Source: a virus (Duplodnaviria; Caudoviricetes). From it: DNA of 25,700 nucleotides. Both the position numbers and the translations under genes were made by a program. The notes beneath the pieces were generated by a model, which saw nothing but the letters and a program-made list of their open reading frames with translations, was not told the origin of the DNA and did not search any database. Below, piece by piece: positions 16,729 to 24,787 of this stretch. Location of the stretch: the IMG/VR virus record IMGVR_UViG_3300045016_000042, positions 1 through 25,700 of that record. One strand, written 5' to 3'. Numbering within the stretch: position 1 is the stretch's first letter; every line of letters begins with the position of its first letter.

Positions 16729-17459
16729 AAGTGTACCAAACCCCCTACGGCATCTATCATCTTCCGGTTGTGTCCCTGGAAAGATTGGAAGATGGGGTTG
16801 GGATGGCGGAGATGATGGGCAAGTCCCAATACAGGAGAGAGCTTGCTGCTAACTCACTGTGCTTTGCGGACGTTCTACAGCGCTTGATTTCAATCAAGCG
16901 TATCAAGACGGTGATTGATCCTCTCTGTGGAACCGGACTTTGGGGGATGATCTGCCGCAGGGTATTGGGAGATGGGGTGGGGCACCACTTCAGTGATTTA
17001 TCCCCCGACTCCGTGCTTGCCGCGCAATACAATCTGCCTGGGCTTCCAGTTGTAGTGGCAGACGCCAATACCATTCTGAGGGAGTTTCAAAGGGACAAAG
17101 AGGCTCTCATCCTACTCGACTTCAACAATTTCACCATTGGGAAGTTACAGGGGAACTGGATGGGGGATTTGCTGAGGGCCGCGCTGGATTGGGGATGCCC
17201 AGTGATATTCACCGATGTGGCCATATTCGCATTCAGATACGGCAGACCCGTTTACCAAGCCACCACCATCGAAGACTACTTCAAGATAGCAATGCCTGCT
17301 GCTGGGATAAATCCCACTACTGTGAAGCTGCACCGGGGAGCCGGAGTGGTATTGACAGGAGTCAGTGGGGATATTCAGGTGAGTTGGATGGGGGATGAAA
17401 CTCCATCCCTGCAATTCTTCAAAGAAGTGAAAGCAAACTCTTTTGGACTGATACGGTGA
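16725..17459 (+). CDS. Class I SAM-dependent methyltransferase-like protein
   Basis: Motif I VIDPLCGTG, acidic FSDLS, VVADA and LILLDFN. ATG 16725 overlaps the upstream stop. Confidence 0.75.
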   Translation: MKVYQTPYGIYHLPVVSLERLEDGVGMAEMMGKSQYRRELAANSLCFADVLQRLISIKRIKTVIDPLCGTGLWGMICRRVLGDGVGHHFSDLSPDSVLAAQYNLPGLPVVVADANTILREFQRDKEALILLDFNNFTIGKLQGNWMGDLLRAALDWGCPVIFTDVAIFAFRYGRPVYQATTIEDYFKIAMPAAGINPTTVKLHRGAGVVLTGVSGDIQVSWMGDETPSLQFFKEVKANSFGLIR

Positions 17460-18670
17460 AGAAGGACATCCGCCAAGCCCAATTCTCCTCCATCGTTGGA
17501 TGGAGAGGGGATAGCCTAGCGTGCCCCCAAGCCTTCGGGGGAGACTGCTGGGGCGGTTGCTCGATGGGGTGCTGGTTCTGCTTCTGCCGAGAATCTGAAG
17601 AGGAGATGTTCACCAAATACTTTGACGGGTGGAGCAGGGACTTGGTGCGACCCTGCAACCCAGATGACTTTCGGCGGCTCTTTGACCGGGCATTCTCCGA
17701 CAAGCCCACTGACGATTGGAACCTGCTATGCCTGCGCAGGGGACTTCCGTTCAATATGGGAAGCAAGGCGGAGACTTTCAATCTGGAAGACGTACTGCGC
17801 GGACCAGAGAGCATCGTGGTGAGGGTGCTGGAGATATTCCGGGAGTACGGGGTGCCGATCATATTTGAGACCAAGAGCCACTACATCGGGCTGTCCAGAT
17901 ACTTGGACCTCATCAAGAACCTGAAGTGCGCGGTGATAGTCAGCATTATGGGAGGCAGCGATACCCTCAACTACAAGCTGGAACCGGGGTGCGCTTCTCC
18001 GTCTACACGATGGAGGCTGGTGGAGACGCTGAACAAGATGGGCATTTGGTGCGGGGTCCGCTGGGAACCAATCCTATGCGGCATCAACAGCACTCAGGAG
18101 ATTTTCGATGACTTTGCAGACAAGGCCAAGAAGTATGGGGCCAAGCACGTCTCCATCTACGGATACCGCACCTCACTCGCCACCCGAGCTCAGGTGGAGT
18201 TTGAGAGTAGAGGGTACGATTACATCAAGCTTCTTGAACGGAGCTTGGACAAGAATTGGCGTCCCGTGGGTAAGCAACTCATTCAAACTCTCAAGTCCAG
18301 GGGTGTTCCAGTCTCCTCTCCTGATTTCGTGAACTTCCCCTTCGACAATGACCGGGAGAGTTGTTGCGGTATCGATGGTCTTTTCCCAATGTATCACTTC
18401 ACCTTCCAGTACGCCTGCAAGCAGATGAAGAAGGTTGGGACTGTCTGCTGGATGGATATGGAGGCGGTGGAGTTCAAGCACCCGGAAGTGCACGCCAAAC
18501 TTCGCCAGTGCTGGAACGGGGGCGGCGGGATTTTCACCCTGGCGGACTCTCCCGAGATTCAAGTGGTTGGAAAGGATCCAAGAGGGCTCAACATCTACGC
18601 CCCGAGGACAACCCCGCCCCCTCCCCCAGTCAAAAAAGGTTTCGGGCTAGGCTCCTGCACTTCTGTCTGA
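17456..18670 (+). CDS. Radical SAM enzyme, spore photoproduct lyase/Rv2578c-like (paralogue 1)
   Basis: CSMGCWFC (CxxxCxxC), IFETKS, LEPG..SP..R, VRWEPIL and a C-terminal CC. Confidence 0.9.
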   Translation: MKKDIRQAQFSSIVGWRGDSLACPQAFGGDCWGGCSMGCWFCFCRESEEEMFTKYFDGWSRDLVRPCNPDDFRRLFDRAFSDKPTDDWNLLCLRRGLPFNMGSKAETFNLEDVLRGPESIVVRVLEIFREYGVPIIFETKSHYIGLSRYLDLIKNLKCAVIVSIMGGSDTLNYKLEPGCASPSTRWRLVETLNKMGIWCGVRWEPILCGINSTQEIFDDFADKAKKYGAKHVSIYGYRTSLATRAQVEFESRGYDYIKLLERSLDKNWRPVGKQLIQTLKSRGVPVSSPDFVNFPFDNDRESCCGIDGLFPMYHFTFQYACKQMKKVGTVCWMDMEAVEFKHPEVHAKLRQCWNGGGGIFTLADSPEIQVVGKDPRGLNIYAPRTTPPPPPVKKGFGLGSCTSV

Positions 18671-18687
18671 ATAGGGTATAAAGCGAC

Positions 18688-19110
18688 ATGACGCCAACGG
18701 AACAACTCCAAGAAACGGTGAAGCGGCTTTTCCCGGATGCCATCCTTATCACCAGGAAGCCAACCAACCACGAGGCGCGAGTCATCGATGAGGAGGGGCG
18801 TGAGATAGTGCAAGCCTCCTCCAACAAGGCTCTTCTGGAGATGCTTGAAGAGCAGGGAGCTTCCATTCGCAAGCGGGTGAACTCCAGATTCGGAGTGACC
18901 GAGGCCGCGCAGAATACCATCCCAGGGGAACGTAGGATGGAGATGGTGAAGCAGCTTTCCGTCTACATCGTCAACCACTTGATTGAGATTCAAGAGTTGA
19001 CGAGGGGCAAGCCCCCGGTGGTGGACACCATCGACATCACCGCCAATGACAACAACGGCCCCGCCTTCCTGTTTCAAGTGAAGGTGGATGGCCATACCTT
19101 TGGTGCGTGA
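18688..19110 (+). CDS. Hypothetical protein (140 aa)
   Basis: Fills the gap between the two radical SAM genes. GGGTATAAAG ends 4 nt upstream of the ATG; no clear RBS. Confidence 0.75.
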   Translation: MTPTEQLQETVKRLFPDAILITRKPTNHEARVIDEEGREIVQASSNKALLEMLEEQGASIRKRVNSRFGVTEAAQNTIPGERRMEMVKQLSVYIVNHLIEIQELTRGKPPVVDTIDITANDNNGPAFLFQVKVDGHTFGA

Positions 19111-20552
19111 TGTACGATTACTGGGAACTGCGGGACCAGGTTGCGAAGCTCCACCCCCGGATGACTCAACTCATCCAACACCGCCGTCACGTTTCTGCGG
19201 TGAGAGAGAAGGGAAGGAAGCGCAACTACAGCCAATTCAACGTCTCCGCCGGGGAGATGGTACCTCAAGAACGTCTACTCAACACGAGTGAAATCAACTC
19301 GTTTGTTGAGGTATCCTGTCGCGCTGGCGCGTGCCCGATGCCCTTGAATATGGACATCTGGGATGGGCTTCTCTGCCCGTTCGGCTGCAAGTATTGCTTC
19401 GCCAACGCCTTCCGGGCTTCCCTCTACACAGCCTTCTTCGACAACGCCAAGACAATGGGACTGCGCCATTGTAACACGGATTCTCACTGCCGAGAATTGG
19501 ACAAGCTGATGACCGTTCGCGGCACTGATCCCCAGTCCCACTCCAGCGAGATCAAGCGCGCATTTGCAATGCAAATTCCGGTGCGCTTTGGAATCCGGTT
19601 TGAGGACTTCCTGTATGAAGAGAGGGCCGCAGGAGTATCCCTCAAGCTCCTCAACTACCTGGCTGACCAATCCTACCCGCTGATGATCAACACCAAATCG
19701 GACTTGGTAGGGGAGCCGGCATACGCCAGTGCTCTGGGCCGCAACAAAGGCGGAGCCGCCGTCCACATCACGATGATCACCTGTCGAGAGGACTTGATTC
19801 AATCCCTGGAACCAGGCGCACCTTCCTTCGCTGCCCGTCTGCAAGCCGCCCGCAACCTCATCCAAGCCGGAGTGGAAGTGGTGGCACGCATAGAGCCGTT
19901 CCTGGTATTCATCAACGACAAGAAGGAAGATGTGGGGGAGTACATCCAAAGAGTCCGGGATGTGGGCGTGAAACACATCACCTTTGACACCTACTCGTAC
20001 ACCGCAACCAATCCAGGAATCCGCCAGGCCTTCATCAATGAGGGCATCGACTACGACAGACTGTATGACCTGGGAGCGGATAGTCAGGGGCTAGGCTCCT
20101 TGCTGCTGTCCGCCTTTATGGACGTCTTCAAGAATCAGGGTTTCAGCGTTTCCTCCTTTGATATGGGGTGCGCCCCAATCAACAACGATTCCATCTGCTG
20201 CGAAGTGGGACCATACTTCAGAAGCAGAGGAGCCGGGTTCAACTTTGGTTGTACCGTGATAGCTTCCCGCTACATCATCTCCCGCCGGCACGTGCCAACA
20301 CGGTGGTGCGACTTTGTGGCCATGGTTGAAAATCACGGGGGCTTCCTCTCCGATGCCCTCAAGCGGGAAGTCTGGATGAAGTGGAATTGTGAGGGGACCG
20401 GGGAAGCCTATTCACCCGCGTGGTCTCCCGGCATCACTCCGGTTGGACACGACGCTGACGGAGTGGTTTGGAGTTATGTTCCTTGTGACGACTTCCGGGT
20501 GGATTTGCTTGAGGGTGCTCTGGGATATTCCCTGACCATCCCTCCATTCTGA
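19107..20552 (+). CDS. Radical SAM enzyme, spore photoproduct lyase/Rv2578c-like (paralogue 2)
   Basis: CPFGCKYC, MINTKS, LEPGAPSF..R, ARIEPFL and a C-terminal CC. Start is GTG 19107 or ATG 19110. Confidence 0.9.
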   Translation: MMYDYWELRDQVAKLHPRMTQLIQHRRHVSAVREKGRKRNYSQFNVSAGEMVPQERLLNTSEINSFVEVSCRAGACPMPLNMDIWDGLLCPFGCKYCFANAFRASLYTAFFDNAKTMGLRHCNTDSHCRELDKLMTVRGTDPQSHSSEIKRAFAMQIPVRFGIRFEDFLYEERAAGVSLKLLNYLADQSYPLMINTKSDLVGEPAYASALGRNKGGAAVHITMITCREDLIQSLEPGAPSFAARLQAARNLIQAGVEVVARIEPFLVFINDKKEDVGEYIQRVRDVGVKHITFDTYSYTATNPGIRQAFINEGIDYDRLYDLGADSQGLGSLLLSAFMDVFKNQGFSVSSFDMGCAPINNDSICCEVGPYFRSRGAGFNFGCTVIASRYIISRRHVPTRWCDFVAMVENHGGFLSDALKREVWMKWNCEGTGEAYSPAWSPGITPVGHDADGVVWSYVPCDDFRVDLLEGALGYSLTIPPF

Positions 20553-20560
20553 GGGCGAAG

Positions 20561-20788
20561 ATGACAGAAAGACAGCGCAAAAGAAGGGCAGAAAAGCAGT
20601 GGAGGAAGTTCCACGACAAACTCTCCATCCTCATAGAGATGAGGGGAGGGAACGTGAGTGGCGTACTATGCCCGATAACCCTCACTCAACTCAAGTACCT
20701 ATTCATAGCACTCCACCCCAATGGGATTGTGCTGAGGGTGGTGGATAGGGTGGGAGAGAACCAACGCAGGACCGCCAAACGGGTATAA
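20561..20788 (+). CDS. Small basic hypothetical protein (75 aa)
   Basis: GAGG RBS; tiles the operon. Confidence 0.6.
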   Translation: MTERQRKRRAEKQWRKFHDKLSILIEMRGGNVSGVLCPITLTQLKYLFIALHPNGIVLRVVDRVGENQRRTAKRV

Positions 20789-20800
20789 AGGACCGGAGAC
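20782..20800 (+). promoter_or_regulatory. GGTATAAAGGACCGGAGAC motif (putative phage promoter -10 plus RBS)
   Basis: 18/19 identical to 1570-1588. Confidence 0.55.
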
Positions 20801-20804
20801 AAAA

Positions 20805-21608
20805 ATGAGCGGAGTGCACAAGATCGGGAACAGGGTGGAGGAGTTGTTTGCCGTGGCGGCGGGACTCTCCCAGACCGGGAGAATGAAGTCCACCATATAC
20901 TGCGTGGGCAATCGCATTCTGATTCTCAACAGTGACGACTCGATGATCATCGAGTTTTTGCTCAGAGAAGGGGAAAGCCCCTTCAAGACCCCGGTGTGCT
21001 TCAAGGCGGATGACTACGATGGCCGTGAGTTCAGAGAGGAAGACGGCTTCATCCACTTTGTGTCGAGGGAAGGGGGCTGGGTGAAGGACGTGGCCTCCAA
21101 AGTTCCAGGCAAGACCCCCGAACAAGTTGGGGCGCTGTTCGATGGGTACGCAACCAGAGCCGCAGACGCCTTGGACAAGCAGGACATCCATTTCGCGCTG
21201 GACTCGGGGTTGAACTCGCTTCTCAATCCCGACCTTTCCCACGTGGAGTTTCTGACGGACAAAGACAAGAAGCTCATCATCCTCCAACGCAATATCTACT
21301 CCGGCAGTATCATCCGGGTTGAGAGGGATACCAGCCGGGGGTTTGGCGTCAGCGGCTCCGGTATCCAAGACTCCATCCCGGTGCCGTTCAACCCCTTCGG
21401 ACTCCGCACGCCAGACTACCTGGCGCTGTTTGCTTTCGTATCCAACGTGATGTTCTCTGTCTGCGACCCAGACAGAGGCTCTCTGGTATGGATCCAGTCA
21501 ATGGACCCGCGCATTGAAATGAGTGGAGTTATCGGGGGCTGCAAGTACGATTCCTTGGGGGTCGTGCGTCAAGCCCTGGAGGAGGAATCCGATGGGCGGC
21601 AAGAGTAG
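20805..21608 (+). CDS. Hypothetical protein, predicted two-domain sliding-clamp-like (PCNA/gp45) fold
   Basis: The CDS itself is secure (GGAG RBS, 267 aa). The fold is inferred only from the helix/strand pattern and size. Confidence 0.5.
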   Translation: MSGVHKIGNRVEELFAVAAGLSQTGRMKSTIYCVGNRILILNSDDSMIIEFLLREGESPFKTPVCFKADDYDGREFREEDGFIHFVSREGGWVKDVASKVPGKTPEQVGALFDGYATRAADALDKQDIHFALDSGLNSLLNPDLSHVEFLTDKDKKLIILQRNIYSGSIIRVERDTSRGFGVSGSGIQDSIPVPFNPFGLRTPDYLALFAFVSNVMFSVCDPDRGSLVWIQSMDPRIEMSGVIGGCKYDSLGVVRQALEEESDGRQE

Positions 21609-21741
21609 GAAAGCTGGCGCGGTTTCGCAGAAACTGATCGCACGACTGAAGGCAGGACGGAACAATGCTCCCAAGTCACCCCCAACTCCCCCGCGTGATC
21701 AACTGGCTGGAAAGGGTGCGCAGGGGCAAGCACCTTCCTAA
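21592..21741 (+). CDS. Small basic disordered peptide (49 aa, MGGKSRKAG...)
   Basis: Strong GGAGG RBS 6 nt before ATG 21592, but it overlaps both neighbours. Confidence 0.45.
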   Translation: MGGKSRKAGAVSQKLIARLKAGRNNAPKSPPTPPRDQLAGKGAQGQAPS

Positions 21742-22561
21742 CTTCTGGATGTCCCCTGCCTTCATTTGCGAAAAGCTGGCGCAGAACGAGTGGCAATGGC
21801 AGGGGGAGCCGGGGTTGATGGAATCCGGGGAGTGGGTATTCCCTCCAATTGATGAGGATGGGAGTATCCATCCCGTGGAGACTCCCATTTGGGCCGACTT
21901 CCCCCGGCTGGAGGAGATTGTACCGGGGGAAAGTCCCGCCCCGGAACTCCCATCAAGAGTATTGGACAGGCAGTACATATTTGTCCCGATTGATGTATTG
22001 TTGTTCAAACACTCCCACCACTCGTTCAAAGACAACGTCAGGAAGTTTGATCGCAAGTACTGCAAGGATATAGTGACCCTCAATCTGGAAGGCTCTTTGG
22101 CACTGGAACCGGATCAAGTGGAGGAGAGAATCAACTTGCTGGTCAAGTGGTTGGAGCCTCGCAGAGACCTTGTCCAAGATGATCAGATGATGCAGGCGTA
22201 TCTCTCCCAAGACCTGCCCCACGTCTACTCCCAGCATTTCTACCTCAAGCACCAACTCATCGGCGTCAACATCTTTGAGCACTACGGCAGCTGGAACTGG
22301 TTCAGGTATAATTTCACAGACCCCGCATTCCCCCTCTTGAATGAGTGGACCCGATATCAAATGTACCAGTTTCTATCGGGAAGAATGGGGATTCATATGG
22401 CGCAGGTCAACGACGGCGGAGACCTTGACAACCCAGGTCTAGCCCGGTTCAAGCAGCGCCTGGGACCGTCGCAAGTGCTCTATGTTCACTCTTGGATCAG
22501 GAAAGAAGACAACGGAGAACAAAATGGAAACCCCGGTGAAGTTTCAAGTAGATCGGCGTGA
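21665..22561 (+). CDS. DUF2156 / MprF C-terminal-like GNAT-fold protein (putative tRNA-dependent aminoacyl transferase), soluble
   Basis: LDRQYIF...FKDNVRKFDRKY, LIGVNIFE and QVNDGGDLDNPGLARFKQRLGP match the family pattern N..D...GL..K...P. No TM segments seen. Confidence 0.72.
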   Translation: MLPSHPQLPRVINWLERVRRGKHLPNFWMSPAFICEKLAQNEWQWQGEPGLMESGEWVFPPIDEDGSIHPVETPIWADFPRLEEIVPGESPAPELPSRVLDRQYIFVPIDVLLFKHSHHSFKDNVRKFDRKYCKDIVTLNLEGSLALEPDQVEERINLLVKWLEPRRDLVQDDQMMQAYLSQDLPHVYSQHFYLKHQLIGVNIFEHYGSWNWFRYNFTDPAFPLLNEWTRYQMYQFLSGRMGIHMAQVNDGGDLDNPGLARFKQRLGPSQVLYVHSWIRKEDNGEQNGNPGEVSSRSA

Positions 22562-23555
22562 GCTGATGCTCGCGCTGGAGAAGGTGTCGCCCGGTCTGAC
22601 GACAGAGGAAGTGCTGGAGCAGTCTGACTGCTTTGTCTTCCTGAATGGCCGGTTGATGACGTACAACGACAACATCTGCGTCAATCTCCCGCTGACGTTC
22701 GGGGGGTGGAACGGGGCGGTGAAAAGCCAAAAGCTCCTCTCCATCCTGTCCAAGATGGACGCCACCTCAGTGATGGTGGAGGTGAGTGACAAGGAGTTGC
22801 GCATCTCCAGCAACAAGTCCCGGATGGGGATTCCCGCTCAGCACAACGTCCTGCTGCCCGTGCAGGAAGTCAAGCCGCCGGAATCCGGCAGCGACTCCTG
22901 GAAAGCCCTTCCCAAGGACTTCACCACGGCTCTCCGGTTCTGTATGTTCAGCACGGCGCGGGATGCCAAGGCTGAGCAGATTCTGAACTGCATCCACGTC
23001 AAGGGGAACCAAGCGGAGTCTTGTGACGACTTCCGCGCCACCCGATACACGATGGAGTCGGGGCTGGAGTCGGACCTGCTCATCCCCAGACTCCAGGCGC
23101 TGCAGCTGGCCAAGCTCTCGCTGACACACATTGCGGTGGACTCCGCCTTCCTTCACTTCATCACGGATGACCACGTGGTGTTCTCCTGCCGCCGGGTGTC
23201 CTTCGGATACCCGAACTTGGACAAGCTGCTGACGGTGGAGGGGCAAGACCTCACGCTGCCCGATACCCTGGGGGAGACGCTCCAGAGAGCCGGGGTGTTC
23301 AGCAGCGACAACGAGGATGACTACGTTGAAATCCAAGTGCAGGGCGGGATGATCCTCGTCACCGGCAAGGGCAACTCCGGGTGGTTCCAGGAGAGGGACA
23401 AGTGCACCTTCCCCGGCAACATTTCCTTCTTCATCAACCCGGCAACCTTCCGGGAAGCTCTGGCGGTGATGCACACCATCAAGGTCACCGACAACCGCAT
23501 CGGGATCAAGGGTGACAAGTTCATCCACGCCGTCTGCCTCAGTCAGGTTTCCTGA
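22524..23555 (+). CDS. dnaN: DNA polymerase III beta-like sliding clamp (343 aa)
   Basis: FQVDRRELMLALEKV, ILNCIHV, SCDDFR, YPNLDKL, L.ETLQRA.VF and FINP..F.EAL blocks; three-domain length; GGAG RBS. Confidence 0.85.
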   Translation: METPVKFQVDRRELMLALEKVSPGLTTEEVLEQSDCFVFLNGRLMTYNDNICVNLPLTFGGWNGAVKSQKLLSILSKMDATSVMVEVSDKELRISSNKSRMGIPAQHNVLLPVQEVKPPESGSDSWKALPKDFTTALRFCMFSTARDAKAEQILNCIHVKGNQAESCDDFRATRYTMESGLESDLLIPRLQALQLAKLSLTHIAVDSAFLHFITDDHVVFSCRRVSFGYPNLDKLLTVEGQDLTLPDTLGETLQRAGVFSSDNEDDYVEIQVQGGMILVTGKGNSGWFQERDKCTFPGNISFFINPATFREALAVMHTIKVTDNRIGIKGDKFIHAVCLSQVS

Positions 23556-24787
23556 TGCCCAAGGGCTTCTTCAGCAGGGCCCAATTGAACGAGTGCCTGC
23601 CCCCGGAAAAGCGGTCAGGCAACCCGATTGGAGCCGCACGTTGCGGGGGAGCTTGCAAACTCTTCCGCAACGTCAAGTCCCCCAGGATGCCACCTTCCGG
23701 GCTAGGCTCTCTGCCCATCCTATTCATCGCAGAAGCCCCCGGAGAAGTGGAGGACGGGGCGGGAGTACAGCTGGTGGGCCCAGCTGGGCAGGTGTTGAGA
23801 GACGTGCTGCAAGAACTGGGGCTGGACCTAGATTCTCACGCCAGAAAGATCAACGCCGTCAACTGCCGGCCCACCAACAGCGACGGCAGCAATCGTACCC
23901 CCGAGCCAGAAGAAGTGGAAGCCTGCCGCTTCATCTGGCAGCAGGAGATGAAGCACCGTCCCCCCAAACTGGTGGTGTTGTTGGGGGGAACCGCCATCAA
24001 ATCCTACTGGGGCGGGAGAGTAAGAGCAGAAGAGTTCAGCGTGGAGCACTGGAGGGGATTCCAAATCCCAGACCACGAAAACAACTGCTGGGTAGTGGCA
24101 ACCTATCATCCATCATACATCTTGTATGAGGCCAAGCATCCCCAAGTGAGAACCGTCTTCAAGCTGGACGTCTATCAGGCCTTGCAAAAGCTCCAGCAGC
24201 CTCTCCCCCCGGACCCAAACAACATCAAGGTGGAAGTGATCCACAGCCCTGAGGAAGTCAACCAATACCTGGACGCCATCACGGCTCCGGTGATTGCTTT
24301 CGACTATGAGACCACTGGAATCCGTCCATACGCTCCCCACGCCAAAATAGTATCCTGCGCCATATCCAGCGTACCAGGAGAGGCCGTTGCCTTCCTCCTC
24401 CACCCGGATATAGAGCCTCACCTGAGAGCACTGCTGGCAGACCCGTCCGTGCGCAAGATCGCAGCCAACCTCAAGTTTGAGCATCAATGGTCGGCAGTCA
24501 AACTAGGGGTGGAAGTGCAGGGGTGGGCCTGGGATACCGTGGTACAAAGCCACGTGATTGATCACAGGACCGGCATACACTCATTGAAGTGGGAATCGTT
24601 TGTACAACTGGGGGCAAGAAACTGGAGCGGGGATGTTGACAACTTCCTATCCAGCCCGGACAACGATCCAAACCTGCCCAACCGTATCCATCTGATACAT
24701 TCGGAAGACTTGCTGAAATACAACGGCATCGATGCCGCAATGGAATTACTGCTGGCCCTACACCAAAGAAGGAAGATTGGAATATGA
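23555..24787 (+). CDS. Family 4 uracil-DNA glycosylase fused to PolA-type 3'-5' exonuclease (N-terminal half of a split SPO1-like polymerase)
   Basis: UDG4: AEAPG..ED, VGPAG, NAVNCRP, LLGGTA, TYHPSY and Fe-S-type cysteines. Exo I AFDYETTG, Exo II ANLKFE, Exo III YNGID. Confidence 0.92.
   Translation: MPKGFFSRAQLNECLPPEKRSGNPIGAARCGGACKLFRNVKSPRMPPSGLGSLPILFIAEAPGEVEDGAGVQLVGPAGQVLRDVLQELGLDLDSHARKINAVNCRPTNSDGSNRTPEPEEVEACRFIWQQEMKHRPPKLVVLLGGTAIKSYWGGRVRAEEFSVEHWRGFQIPDHENNCWVVATYHPSYILYEAKHPQVRTVFKLDVYQALQKLQQPLPPDPNNIKVEVIHSPEEVNQYLDAITAPVIAFDYETTGIRPYAPHAKIVSCAISSVPGEAVAFLLHPDIEPHLRALLADPSVRKIAANLKFEHQWSAVKLGVEVQGWAWDTVVQSHVIDHRTGIHSLKWESFVQLGARNWSGDVDNFLSSPDNDPNLPNRIHLIHSEDLLKYNGIDAAMELLLALHQRRKIGI

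Noticed and set aside
14990-22561. Cluster as a queuosine/7-deazaguanine, dZ or simple restriction-modification system
   Set aside because: No FolE/QueC/QueD/DpdA, PurZ or nuclease motifs were seen. The radical SAMs are SPL-like rather than QueE-like, and the methyltransferase lacks DPPY and PC motifs.
4122-23705. Recurrent 7-mer GGGCTAG (about eight + strand copies counted by eye)
   Set aside because: Mostly Gly-Leu codon pairs inside genes with no positional pattern. A formal k-mer enrichment test would be needed to revive it.
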